This document shows positions 18,485-26,666 of a stretch of 64,000 bases of DNA, piece by piece. The notes beneath the pieces are model-generated. The model saw only the letters and a list, made by a program, of their open reading frames with translations. It was not told the DNA's origin and made no database searches. Numbering within the stretch: the stretch's first letter is position 1; each line of letters begins with the position of its first letter. This DNA comes from a bacterium ADurb.Bin212 (lineage in GTDB: Bacteria > Patescibacteriota > UBA1384 > XYA2-FULL-43-10), in NCBI GenBank assembly GCA_002070055.1, contig MWCM01000001.1:16308-80307 (forward strand), in the 5' to 3' direction. The position numbers and the translations under genes are program-made.

Positions 18485-18692
18485 TGTCGTATGTCGCAAG
18501 GGAGACAGGTCGTCCAACGACGTTTGTTGGATGATCCAACAGATGAGGTCCTCCGCAACCGTGGTGGATTATGGTCGCTTAAAGCGACCTCCTGTCTCCT
18601 CAATCTGGGACGCACGTCGCACAACGAGGCGAGTTACGGGTTCTCCCCCGTGATTCGCCTCAAATCATTTTGGGCCTTAAGGCTCTTTTTTT
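18485..18692 (+). ncRNA. candidate structured small RNA (unclassified), about 208 nt with its own promoter and terminator
   Basis: TTGACA at 18451-18456, with -10 TATACT/TACTAT 15-17 nt downstream. The transcribed segment is about 55 % GC in AT-rich context, with nested helices (gggagacagg...cctgtctcc; GGTCGC-UUAAA-GCGACC; gaggcga...tcgcctc; ccaacgacgtttgttgg). It ends in a GCCTTAAGGC hairpin plus T7 at 18672-18692, 35 nt before the RBS of the SIS gene. Confidence 0.5.
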
Positions 18693-18726
18693 GTGTTTTT
18701 GATATACTGTTTGTAAAAGGAGGCAA

Positions 18727-19767
18727 ATGGAACATGCAATGCTAAGAGAAATTAAAGAACAACCGGAGGTGCTTAGGCGCTTGGTTGGGTCTTGTAAACA
18801 TAGTTTTTTTGCTGAGGCAGTAACGCTTATTAGGGAGTCAATTAGTAATGGCGGACAAGTTGTTTTTTTGGGTAATGGCACGTCTTATCACTCTTGTATA
18901 TATGGGCAGTATCTTTTTTCGATCTCTAATCATGTAATTGTTAATATTTTTGATACGGCGGAGTTTGAGCCCTTTATAGAAAATTTAAATCAGAATGCAA
19001 CGGTAGTAATTGTTTCTCAGAGTGGTGAAACGGGGGATGCGTTAGAAATAATTCAAAAACTTGTCCCGAGTAAACCCGAGGGATCAAAAATTATCTCCAT
19101 AACTAATAATCCTAAATCGACTTTGGCCAGGGAATCGGATGTGGCAATAGACTTAATGTTGGGCGAAACCAATGCGATACCAAGCACAAAGGGCTATACC
19201 GCCGAGATGGCAACTTTCGCCTTGCTTTCTGATGGTATTAAAGAGAGCCAAAATTTTGCGGGTAAGGTTGAGACGATCGCAAAGGAGATGAAGAGAGTAA
19301 TCTTCGCAGAACACGAACAAATTAAAGCTCTTTCTGATAAATTAAAAAACCAACAGCTGATGTATGTTCTCGGCCATAGTATCGGTTTGTCAAATGCCTA
19401 CGAAGCGGCTTTGAAGATTAAAGAGTGTGCACACATACAAGCCGAGGGGTATTCTGGCCCAGAGTTCAGGCATGGTCCAAGTTCAATGATTGGCTACAGT
19501 ACTCCGGTTATTGTTTTCGCCCCGGATATCGAAAGTGAAGAGGATCTAAAAAGCGTGGTGGGCGAGGTTAAGCACTCTGGTGGCTATGTAATTGGGGTTG
19601 GATCAGAACATAGTCTCCATTATGATTTGCATTTAAAGACAATTGATGATTATTTGTATTCCCCCTTAACTGCCATTGTGCCTATTCAGTTATTGGCTTT
19701 TGAGTTGGCGATGACCAAGGGTCTTGACCCAGATAAGCCTATTGGAGTTAGGAAAGTGGTAGATTAG
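18727..19767 (+). CDS. SIS-domain phosphosugar isomerase (GlmS C-terminal-like or AgaS-like, two SIS domains)
   Basis: MLREIKEQPEVLRRL resembles the start of the GlmS isomerase half; two SIS motifs (VVFLGNGTSYHS; VIVSQSGETGDALE). No glutaminase domain. AAAGGAGG RBS. Confidence 0.65.
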   Translation: MEHAMLREIKEQPEVLRRLVGSCKHSFFAEAVTLIRESISNGGQVVFLGNGTSYHSCIYGQYLFSISNHVIVNIFDTAEFEPFIENLNQNATVVIVSQSGETGDALEIIQKLVPSKPEGSKIISITNNPKSTLARESDVAIDLMLGETNAIPSTKGYTAEMATFALLSDGIKESQNFAGKVETIAKEMKRVIFAEHEQIKALSDKLKNQQLMYVLGHSIGLSNAYEAALKIKECAHIQAEGYSGPEFRHGPSSMIGYSTPVIVFAPDIESEEDLKSVVGEVKHSGGYVIGVGSEHSLHYDLHLKTIDDYLYSPLTAIVPIQLLAFELAMTKGLDPDKPIGVRKVVD

Positions 19768-19895
19768 AGATCGGCGGATTCTCTCTTGGGCGAATTTTTA
19801 TAATAAGCGGCTTAACAGGTGTCTTTGTTTTGTCGCGGTTTTTATGTTGGGTTGACAATTTTAGTTATTGGGTTATAATAGAATTTCTCAAGGTT

Positions 19896-20012
19896 GGATT
19901 GCGGAAATCTAGGGCGGTCTTGACTTGCTCTGATCGGGCTTAGCCCATCCGCTCTAACCGACCTTGTTCACCTGGTCCCGCCGCCGCCGTTTGCGGCGGG
20001 ACCAATATTTTA
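19896..20012 (+). ncRNA. candidate small RNA B (about 117 nt, unclassified)
   Basis: Near-consensus promoter: TTGACA 19862-19867, 16 nt, TATAAT 19884-19889. GC-rich rod-like hairpin (AAGGUUGG...CCGACCUU enclosing GCGGA...UCCGC). Ends in a 10-bp GGTCCCGCCG/CGGCGGGACC terminator stem at 19974-20002, then a T-run. Confidence 0.45.
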
Positions 20013-20030
20013 TGTGCATATAATACTTTG

Positions 20031-20050
20031 ACGCGTTTGGCGTCTTTTTT
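20031..20050 (+). terminator. second rho-independent terminator (GACGC-GTTTG-GCGTC plus T7)
   Basis: Perfect 5-bp stem with a T7 tract, 20 nt after the first terminator. Confidence 0.55.
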
Positions 20051-20185
20051 TGATTATTTGATAAAATAGATTTTAGACCACAGAAGTTACATTCAGAAAA
20101 TTCAGGAGTATTGAATGAATGGTAGCAGAAAGAGGGTAGTAAGTGCTACGATAGTCTAACACCTAACACCTAACACCTATTATTT

Positions 20186-21610
20186 ATGTGCTTAACAATA
20201 CCGGGAAAAATTAAATCGATTAAAGACGGCGTGGCGACAGTCGAAAATGGTTCCAGAACCGAGCAGATTGAGCTTGGAGTAGTTTTTGATGCCAAAGTAG
20301 GGGATTGGGTGCTTTATGCCACAAATCGCGCCGTGAGACTGATAGATGAGCAGGAGGCGCGTGAGATTATTGAGCTTCTTGAAGATAATTATCAACCGGT
20401 GGATATTGCTTCTCTACCGTTGAGGTATAAAAAGATTGTTTATAAAGTGAGAAACACTGAGAAAAATCAAAATATCAATTTAAAATCAAAAAATATTATT
20501 AATAGCAATTTAACAATCCAGCAATTTAACAATATTCACAAGAGCGATCTCGAATATCTACTACAGTTGAGAGGTAAAAATAATCTTGAAGCCTTTTACA
20601 GTGAGGCTAATGTCTTGCGTAAGAACATAATTAAAGACTTCGTCTGCATACACGGCATTGTAGAATTTTCTAACTATTGCAAGAATTGCTGTCTTTATTG
20701 CGGTATAGGGAGCAAAGCTAAAATACGACGTTATCGTATGACTTCCGACGAAATATTCATGGCAGTCGAACAGGCGGTCGAATTTGATGGTTATAAATTG
20801 GTGGTTTTGCAAAGTGGAGAGGACGATTATTATAGCGATGACGAGCTCGTGTCATTGATAGATAGGATCAAAAAAGATTTAAGAGTTTTTGTCTTCATTT
20901 CGGTGGGAGAGCGGTCTAAAAACTTTTATAAAAGAGCATTCGAAGCGGGGGCAAGCGGCTCACTTTTTCGTTTTGAAACCTCGAATCCGGAGTTATATAG
21001 CCGAATGCATCCGAATCATGATTTACAAAGCAGACTCGAATCTATACAAATGCAAATCGAGATTGGATATTATTTGGCAAGTGGTGGTTTAATCGGCTTA
21101 CCAGGTCAGACTATCTCTGATATGGCAGATGATCTTTTGTTGGTGAAGAAACTTCGGATTCCAATGTTGTCGAGTGGACCCTGGATTCCAAGTTTGACTA
21201 GCCCGCTTGGAATAATAACCAATAACCAAGGCACAAGAAACAAACAAATTCCAAACGGTGTCATTGCGAGGGACGAAGCAATCTTTAACAATTTAGCAAT
21301 AAAACAATTTAGCAATAATGAAAAATTGCGTCTGACTCTTAACTATATCGCGGCGGCGCGCTTTTTAATGCCGGAGATCAAAATTCCTGTGACTACAGCT
21401 TTGGAAACATTAGACCAAGAGAGCGGACGACACAAAGCCTTGTTGGCCGGTGCCAACGCCTTAATGTTTAATATTACTCCGGAAAAATACCGAGGCGATT
21501 ATAATTTATACGATCATAAATATATAGAACGGGAGAAAGTTTGGCAAAAATACGGGCTCTTTAAAGGAGAGGAGAGTTACGAGATGCTAGAAGATAGGTT
21601 AAAGATCTAA
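20186..21610 (+). CDS. HypC/HupF-like N-terminal domain fused to a BioB/HydE/PylB-type radical SAM domain
   Basis: N-terminus MCLTIPGKIKSIKDGVATV...VGDWVL matches the HypC MCLxIP signature. Downstream, NYCKNCCLYCGIG is a CxxxCxxC motif in the C(K/R)NNCxYCG style of BioB/HydE/PylB, and GGLIGLPGQT is a family-like glycine motif. Contains two in-frame repeat-derived inserts (20506-20533; 21224-21318). Confidence 0.55.
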   Translation: MCLTIPGKIKSIKDGVATVENGSRTEQIELGVVFDAKVGDWVLYATNRAVRLIDEQEAREIIELLEDNYQPVDIASLPLRYKKIVYKVRNTEKNQNINLKSKNIINSNLTIQQFNNIHKSDLEYLLQLRGKNNLEAFYSEANVLRKNIIKDFVCIHGIVEFSNYCKNCCLYCGIGSKAKIRRYRMTSDEIFMAVEQAVEFDGYKLVVLQSGEDDYYSDDELVSLIDRIKKDLRVFVFISVGERSKNFYKRAFEAGASGSLFRFETSNPELYSRMHPNHDLQSRLESIQMQIEIGYYLASGGLIGLPGQTISDMADDLLLVKKLRIPMLSSGPWIPSLTSPLGIITNNQGTRNKQIPNGVIARDEAIFNNLAIKQFSNNEKLRLTLNYIAAARFLMPEIKIPVTTALETLDQESGRHKALLAGANALMFNITPEKYRGDYNLYDHKYIEREKVWQKYGLFKGEESYEMLEDRLKI

Positions 21611-21616
21611 ATACGG

Positions 21617-21645
21617 CAAACCCGCCGCGTTCAGCGGCGGGTTTG
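21617..21645. terminator. bidirectional terminator hairpin
   Basis: caaaCCCGCCGCgttcagGCGGCGGGtttg. The stop codon of the minus-strand GC-rich ORF lies in the loop. Confidence 0.65.
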
Positions 21646-22395
21646 TGCTCTTGTGTCTGCTCTCACAACCTCCACCCTTACTTCGCCTACTTTGGCCAGC
21701 GAGTAGGGTAGGGGCGTTACCAGTGTCACGGGCGGCTTTAGGCCCAGCGCGTGACTTGTTAGGTCAAAGCGCTTTACGGACTCGCAGCCCTGCATGTGGC
21801 GCTGAAGAGCTCGGCGTGAGCAGGTTGCCAACTCCTCTTTAAGGTCGAATGACCCTTTTCGTGTCCAGAGGTAGTCGGCAATCTCGGCCAACTCGGTACC
21901 CTTGGGTGGGATGAGGCGTAGCTCCAGCCTGCAGTGCAGGAAGGCTGAACCTCTGGCGATACTACAGCGCAGAGGCAGACTTAACCTAGACGGTAGGCGA
22001 TAGACCTTGCCATAACCCAAGCCCTCCATGATCTGTGCAACCTGCGGGTCCAGGCTGTGGCTTGTGGTTCCACCCGTGTACTCTACTGTGGCGTAGCTTT
22101 CTCTTGCGGTCTGCACCACAATGAAGCGCTTGACCCCGGCGTCACGCAGGGCCAGGTGCTGGCTGCGTCTGGCTACTTCGGCGATCATACCGCCGAGGCT
22201 GGAAACAACTCGCCATAACAGCCAGAATGCGACAACGCCAAACCCCACTCTCTGCCATGTTGCAATCGCCAGCAGTGCCGTGAAGACACCGAAGACGATA
22301 TTATTGCACAGGGTAATAAACCTCACGACGCCCGCAGCCGTCTTGAGGTGATTGAAGGCAGAAACCCTCAGTTCGTCCAAACCGTGATTCTCCAA
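21631..22395 (-). CDS. hypothetical two-TM membrane protein with an Arg-rich cytoplasmic domain (GC-rich island)
   Basis: Start reassigned to TTG 22395, 8 nt after an AAAGGAGG RBS and downstream of a TTTACA-17-TATATT promoter-like sequence. The track ORF extends into AT-rich upstream DNA. Two TM helices, then a roughly 170-aa domain with no motif I recognise. About 60 % GC. Confidence 0.4.
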   Translation of the reverse strand: MENHGLDELRVSAFNHLKTAAGVVRFITLCNNIVFGVFTALLAIATWQRVGFGVVAFWLLWRVVSSLGGMIAEVARRSQHLALRDAGVKRFIVVQTARESYATVEYTGGTTSHSLDPQVAQIMEGLGYGKVYRLPSRLSLPLRCSIARGSAFLHCRLELRLIPPKGTELAEIADYLWTRKGSFDLKEELATCSRRALQRHMQGCESVKRFDLTSHALGLKPPVTLVTPLPYSLAKVGEVRVEVVRADTRAQTRR

Positions 22396-22482
22396 GGCTT
22401 TCGCCTCCTTTGCAGTATTGATCGGACGTATGAATATAACATAAAAGATACAACTTGTAAATAGTCTGATGCTCAATTGCAC

Positions 22483-22521
22483 ACAGCAAAACTCCCGCAA
22501 TAGAATTTTGCGGGAGTTTTG
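22483..22521. terminator. perfect 13-bp hairpin (AAAACTCCCGCAA/TTGCGGGAGTTTT), bidirectional terminator
   Basis: Sits between the methyltransferase stop (22546) and the island gene's promoter region. Confidence 0.6.
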
Positions 22522-22545
22522 AAAATAGTCATTAGTGAACTCTTG

Positions 22546-24516
22546 TTATCTCTTTGGGACAAACAGCCTGTGCCAGAGTATGTGGCCCTGATCCACCATC
22601 TTGCCATCTTTATAGCCCCACTCAACTTTTTCCGGGTTTTCTGGCATATTATCCTCAATCAATTTAACTTTTTTCTGGTTTTTCTTGCGGGTAATAAGGA
22701 TAAGTGTCATATCTATAAGCGGATATTTTGCTGCAAGCTGTTTGGCAAAATCGTTTTCCTGTTCGCGATAAACAATACGATAGAAATCATACATATTCAT
22801 AGGTGGACAAGCCCGGCTGAATCTGATCTCATATTCACCGAGTTTGTCTTTGGGAATTATTTTACCTTTCATTATATCTTCGATAATAAGCGGGTAAGTC
22901 TCGAAGCCACTCTTATTATTATATGCTGGGCTTTTTGTATGAACAGCAATAACTCCGTTGTTGGCTAAATATGGCATCAAGTCCACCAATAGTTCTCGAG
23001 TAACCTTTAGGCCGTCGTGACCTCCGTCACAGTGAAGTGCAATTTCGACGGAATCTGGGCGAGCTTGGTATGGGGGGTTAATATATGCTCCGGCAATTTC
23101 CTGATCTTGATACAGGTGTAATGCGGAGCGCAGAAATCCATGATGGGTCTGATATCGTTCTTTTTTGTTGCCATTGCGTTTGATGTTGGCCAGAGTGGCG
23201 TTGATTGCTCTCTGGTTTGGGTCGACTAGAAGAATCGGATTATCTAATCCTAGATTATCCAAATATTTACCCATTAGTGTAGCTTTAACACCGGTGCCGC
23301 AACCCCCATCGATGAAGATCTTTCCTGGATTAGCTTTGGCTGCGTTCATTAATGCTTGGCGCGAATAATCCCAATCGGGCACATGTTCCCCGGGAGTATA
23401 GACGAACAAAATATCATTTGGTCTGGTGCCGTCTGGATTAAAGGTAAAGTAATTATCTGGCATTTCAATATGAATACCGTCGATATCTACCCATTTCTGT
23501 CTTACATCTCCTAGAAGCGGCTTATTGTTGTAGGTGAATTGTTGGATTTTGTCTGGAAGCTTTACTTCGGCAATTCTGTCGAATGAATCTTTCTCTTTCT
23601 TACTTAGTTTTACTAATTGGCTCATTTTATTCCCTTCTAATTTTATGTCATGGTCGGCTACGGCTTTGTGCGCTAATACCCGATCATGCCAGTTTCTGCC
23701 TTTTAAATCTAAATTATGTTTAATTTCCTTTTTTTCTCCCTTGCCATCACGCCTAATAATTCCATCTGTGAAATAAAGGTATGCATATCTACCGGCTGTT
23801 TTTGAGATAAAGTTTCTGTAACAATTTGGGTACAATTGATTAAGAAAATCTATTGTTTTTATGCGTGGCAAGATGTTAGTCCACTCAATTGAACTATCAG
23901 CGATTATCTCCGGCACGTATTTAAGATAATTTGGCCCATCCTTATCACCGAGGCAGAACATGTTAAAGAAAATTATGCCATTTTCGGCCAGATGATAGTC
24001 TGCTATGGTAAGCTGGTAGATAAACTCTCTTTGGCCTAGGCTACCGCCTCGAGCGTGAAAGGGGATGCTCTGCTCTGAGTCGCGTGGATAGAGGTGGTAG
24101 GGAGGGTAAATTCCAATAACCTTGGCTGATTCTTTAGGAACCGAATCTCTCTGGTAGGTCTCTAGTTTGAATTCAATATTGTTAAGATCATTATTTAAAG
24201 CATTATCTTTTGCGGTTTTGATTGCTCTTGGGTTAAGGTCTATGGCCGTAATTTTTGTTTTAGGGAAGTGTTTGGCGATTAGCAGCGAAAAGATACCACT
24301 ACCGGTGCCAACGTCGAGGAAGTCGATCTCTCCAGCTGACTCGTTTAATACTCTATCGAGTTTCGGCTTAACATACTGCCAAAGAATAGGTTGTTCTTCA
24401 TACATAAAATACATTAAAGCTTCGTTGCCGAGTTTTACATGTTTTGATCCTGCTGGATCGGTTTTGATTTTTACACCGTCGATAACGGCTTGTTTAGTGC
24501 TAATGTTGATGTCCAA
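22546..24516 (-). CDS. tandem class I SAM-dependent methyltransferase (two HemK/PrmC-like (N/Y)PPY modules)
   Basis: 656 aa. Module 1: DFLDVGTGSGIFSL plus IYPPYH. Module 2: IFIDGGCGTGVKAT plus YINPPYQ. TTG start with an AAGGAG RBS. Flanked on both sides by GC-rich islands. Confidence 0.6.
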   Translation of the reverse strand: MDINISTKQAVIDGVKIKTDPAGSKHVKLGNEALMYFMYEEQPILWQYVKPKLDRVLNESAGEIDFLDVGTGSGIFSLLIAKHFPKTKITAIDLNPRAIKTAKDNALNNDLNNIEFKLETYQRDSVPKESAKVIGIYPPYHLYPRDSEQSIPFHARGGSLGQREFIYQLTIADYHLAENGIIFFNMFCLGDKDGPNYLKYVPEIIADSSIEWTNILPRIKTIDFLNQLYPNCYRNFISKTAGRYAYLYFTDGIIRRDGKGEKKEIKHNLDLKGRNWHDRVLAHKAVADHDIKLEGNKMSQLVKLSKKEKDSFDRIAEVKLPDKIQQFTYNNKPLLGDVRQKWVDIDGIHIEMPDNYFTFNPDGTRPNDILFVYTPGEHVPDWDYSRQALMNAAKANPGKIFIDGGCGTGVKATLMGKYLDNLGLDNPILLVDPNQRAINATLANIKRNGNKKERYQTHHGFLRSALHLYQDQEIAGAYINPPYQARPDSVEIALHCDGGHDGLKVTRELLVDLMPYLANNGVIAVHTKSPAYNNKSGFETYPLIIEDIMKGKIIPKDKLGEYEIRFSRACPPMNMYDFYRIVYREQENDFAKQLAAKYPLIDMTLILITRKKNQKKVKLIEDNMPENPEKVEWGYKDGKMVDQGHILWHRLFVPKR

Positions 24517-24586
24517 GGTATCTCCTTAAAAATTAATCATAAGGCGAGGCTCGAGCGGTAAAGCTGCTCGAGCCCGGCTCTTACGA

Positions 24587-25126
24587 TTACCAGCTTAGCT
24601 GGTAGTCAATACCTCCTTCCCAGCTCCCTTCGGAGCGGAAGTTGTGGTGGTACCAGGCGCCGAAGCGCCCGTTGGTGAAGCTTGGTCCCACCCACCATTC
24701 GGGCTTTCCGCCTTCTTTTACGCGGAAGTGACCCGTGAGGGCGAGGCCCTCGGCGAGCGGCACGGCCGGGGTGGACACGTCCACCCATGTTGGTGCGTCT
24801 CCGAGGCCAGCCAGTACCAAGACCTAAGACTTGGTGCTGCCACCACCGAGGCCAAACTGCAGCCCGGGGCGGAGCCAGAGGTTGTCGTCGCGGCGGACTA
24901 CGGCTTTGAGCCCGTCGCCAACTGCGATCTTAGCGATGGTCAGGTCGTAGCCGCTGTGGACGTCACGCTCCTGATAGAGCGTGAGGGCGCCAGTGTTGAC
25001 GCAGACATATGGTGCGACGTAGTCGTCCATGGCGAAGACGCCAGTGGAAACGGTCACGTCGGCGGCGTGGACAGCGGTGAGGCTGGTGAGGATCACGGTG
25101 ATGGCGACGACGATAGTGGTTTTCAT
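24587..25126 (-). pseudogene. outer-membrane beta-barrel (OMP) family gene interrupted by an in-frame TAG
   Basis: AAAGGAGG RBS, then MKTTIVVAITVILTSLTAVHA (signal peptide) followed by an alternating beta-strand pattern. An in-frame TAG sits at 24824-24826 (...GGGSTKS*VLVLAG...). The C-terminus ends ...GIDYQLSW (aromatic terminal residue, as in OMPs). About 60 % GC. A 9-bp perfect hairpin terminator lies at 24553-24579. Confidence 0.5.
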
Positions 25127-25376
25127 TTCGTCGGCCTCCTTTGCGTAAGCCCGCCGGCATGATTTGCCCGAAGCGGGCATTTTGTGAAACTTCAAGGGTT
25201 GTTACACCCTCAGAGATGGAATCTAACGTGCGGATTAGATGCCATCTCTTAAGGTGTATATTGTTAATGTTTGGTCTTGCATGGTGGAACGGCCTAGTGT
25301 ATCATATAAACAAAGAGTGGCAAATAAGACCACAGGGCGGTAAATACCACCATATATTCTAAAACGAGGCTAGAAC

Positions 25377-26126
25377 ATGAAATATTACCAGATTTTTGAG
25401 AAATTTGGACTGGCAAAAAATGAAGCAATTATATACGAAACTCTGCTTAATGAGGGGGAGAGCAATGTGGCGAATATTTCTGTTAAGTCAAAAATACATC
25501 GCAGAAATGTTTACGATTCTTTAAATCGGCTCATTGAGAAAGGTCTAGTGTTCGAGATATTACAGAGCAGAGAAAACATATATAAAGCGGTGGATCCGGA
25601 TAAATTTTCGCAGATGTTGGCGGAAAAACAGAAAGAGTTAGATAAAATTATGCCCCAGCTTAAAAATATTTATCAAAATAAGCCTCATGCTCAGGAGGTT
25701 TATATTTACAAAGGCTTAGAGGGATACAAAAATTACATGAGAGACATTTTGCGACTAGGCCAAGACGATTATATTTTAGGGGGCAAAGGCCTTTGGGCGG
25801 ATCCTAAAATAATCAGTTACACCGAGCAGTTCATGAAAGAAGCTAAAAAGCTTGGCATCAAATTTCATATCATTTATGATGAAGAGGTAAAAAAATCTAA
25901 GCATAAAATTGCCTCTTTTATTGGCGGCAGCTATCGTTTTTTACCGGAGAAATACTTTACCAACTGTTCCATGGAGATATTTGCCGATAGGGTCGTGATT
26001 CTTTCTGATATAGGCAGACACGGCGAGATGGATGAGAATTCTGTCCACACGGTAATTATTAATCGACAGGTAGCGGATGCCATGAGAACTTGGTGGAAGG
26101 CACTGTGGGGCATTGCAAAAGAATAA
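25377..26126 (+). CDS. TrmB-family transcriptional regulator (paralog 4)
   Basis: wHTH (NEAIIYETLLNEGESNVANISVKSKIHRRNVYDSLNRLIEKGLV) and the same overall architecture as the other three paralogs. Confidence 0.6.
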   Translation: MKYYQIFEKFGLAKNEAIIYETLLNEGESNVANISVKSKIHRRNVYDSLNRLIEKGLVFEILQSRENIYKAVDPDKFSQMLAEKQKELDKIMPQLKNIYQNKPHAQEVYIYKGLEGYKNYMRDILRLGQDDYILGGKGLWADPKIISYTEQFMKEAKKLGIKFHIIYDEEVKKSKHKIASFIGGSYRFLPEKYFTNCSMEIFADRVVILSDIGRHGEMDENSVHTVIINRQVADAMRTWWKALWGIAKE

Positions 26127-26147
26127 TTATTAGTAAAAAAGGTTAAT

Positions 26148-26666
26148 ATGGGTACAGATAATAATGCCTTGATAATACTTGCTAACCATGATTTTAGAGA
26201 CGAGGAGTATTTGGAAACGTATCAGGCTTTAAGGGATGCTGGAGTAGAAACAAAAATTGCTGCCAACAGCAATGAGGATTGCCGTGGGGTAACCGGCACA
26301 ACTGTTTCGGTGGATTACACCTTCGATGAGATAGACCCTATCCAATATAGCGCGGTCGTGCTAATTGGGGGCGTTGGAATACAAGGTTACCTACATGATG
26401 AAAGCCTACATAAACTAGTTATAGATTTTTTAGCAAATGGCAAGATAGTTGCTGCGATATGTTGGGCTCCAGCCATACTGGCTAACGCCGGCGTATTAAA
26501 TGGCAAAAAAGCTACCGTATGGGTAGGCGCAAGTGAAGATTTAAGCAAAAGTGGGGCGGAATATACTGCAGAGACAGTAACAGTTGATGGCAATATTATC
26601 ACCGCAAACGGTCCCGACGCCGCTTCTAAATTCGGCGCCACCATTGCAGAAATGATAATAGGATAG
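26148..26666 (+). CDS. DJ-1/PfpI family protein
   Basis: 172 aa with a class-I glutamine amidotransferase-like fold signature (AAICWAPAILANAGVLNGKKAT). Confidence 0.65.
   Translation: MGTDNNALIILANHDFRDEEYLETYQALRDAGVETKIAANSNEDCRGVTGTTVSVDYTFDEIDPIQYSAVVLIGGVGIQGYLHDESLHKLVIDFLANGKIVAAICWAPAILANAGVLNGKKATVWVGASEDLSKSGAEYTAETVTVDGNIITANGPDAASKFGATIAEMIIG

Noticed and set aside
18485-18692. Small RNA candidate A as a glmS ribozyme (suggested by the downstream GlmS-like SIS gene)
   Set aside because: No AGCGCC cleavage-site block or P2.1-type core could be found, and the element ends in an intrinsic terminator, which glmS ribozymes lack. I also could not fit RNase P, tmRNA, SRP or 6S features.
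19896-20012. Small RNA candidate B as the SRP (4.5S) RNA
   Set aside because: The length is right, but I could not find the conserved helix-8 GNAR tetraloop with flanking AGG/AGCA symmetric loop. It is left unclassified.
20157-20180. CRISPR-like repeats (aacacct x3; also aatttaaa x4 at 59085-59116 and aaaaatc x3 at 53041-53060)
   Set aside because: Units are 7-8 bp with no spacers. They are simple tandem repeats, not a CRISPR array, and no cas genes are present in the window.
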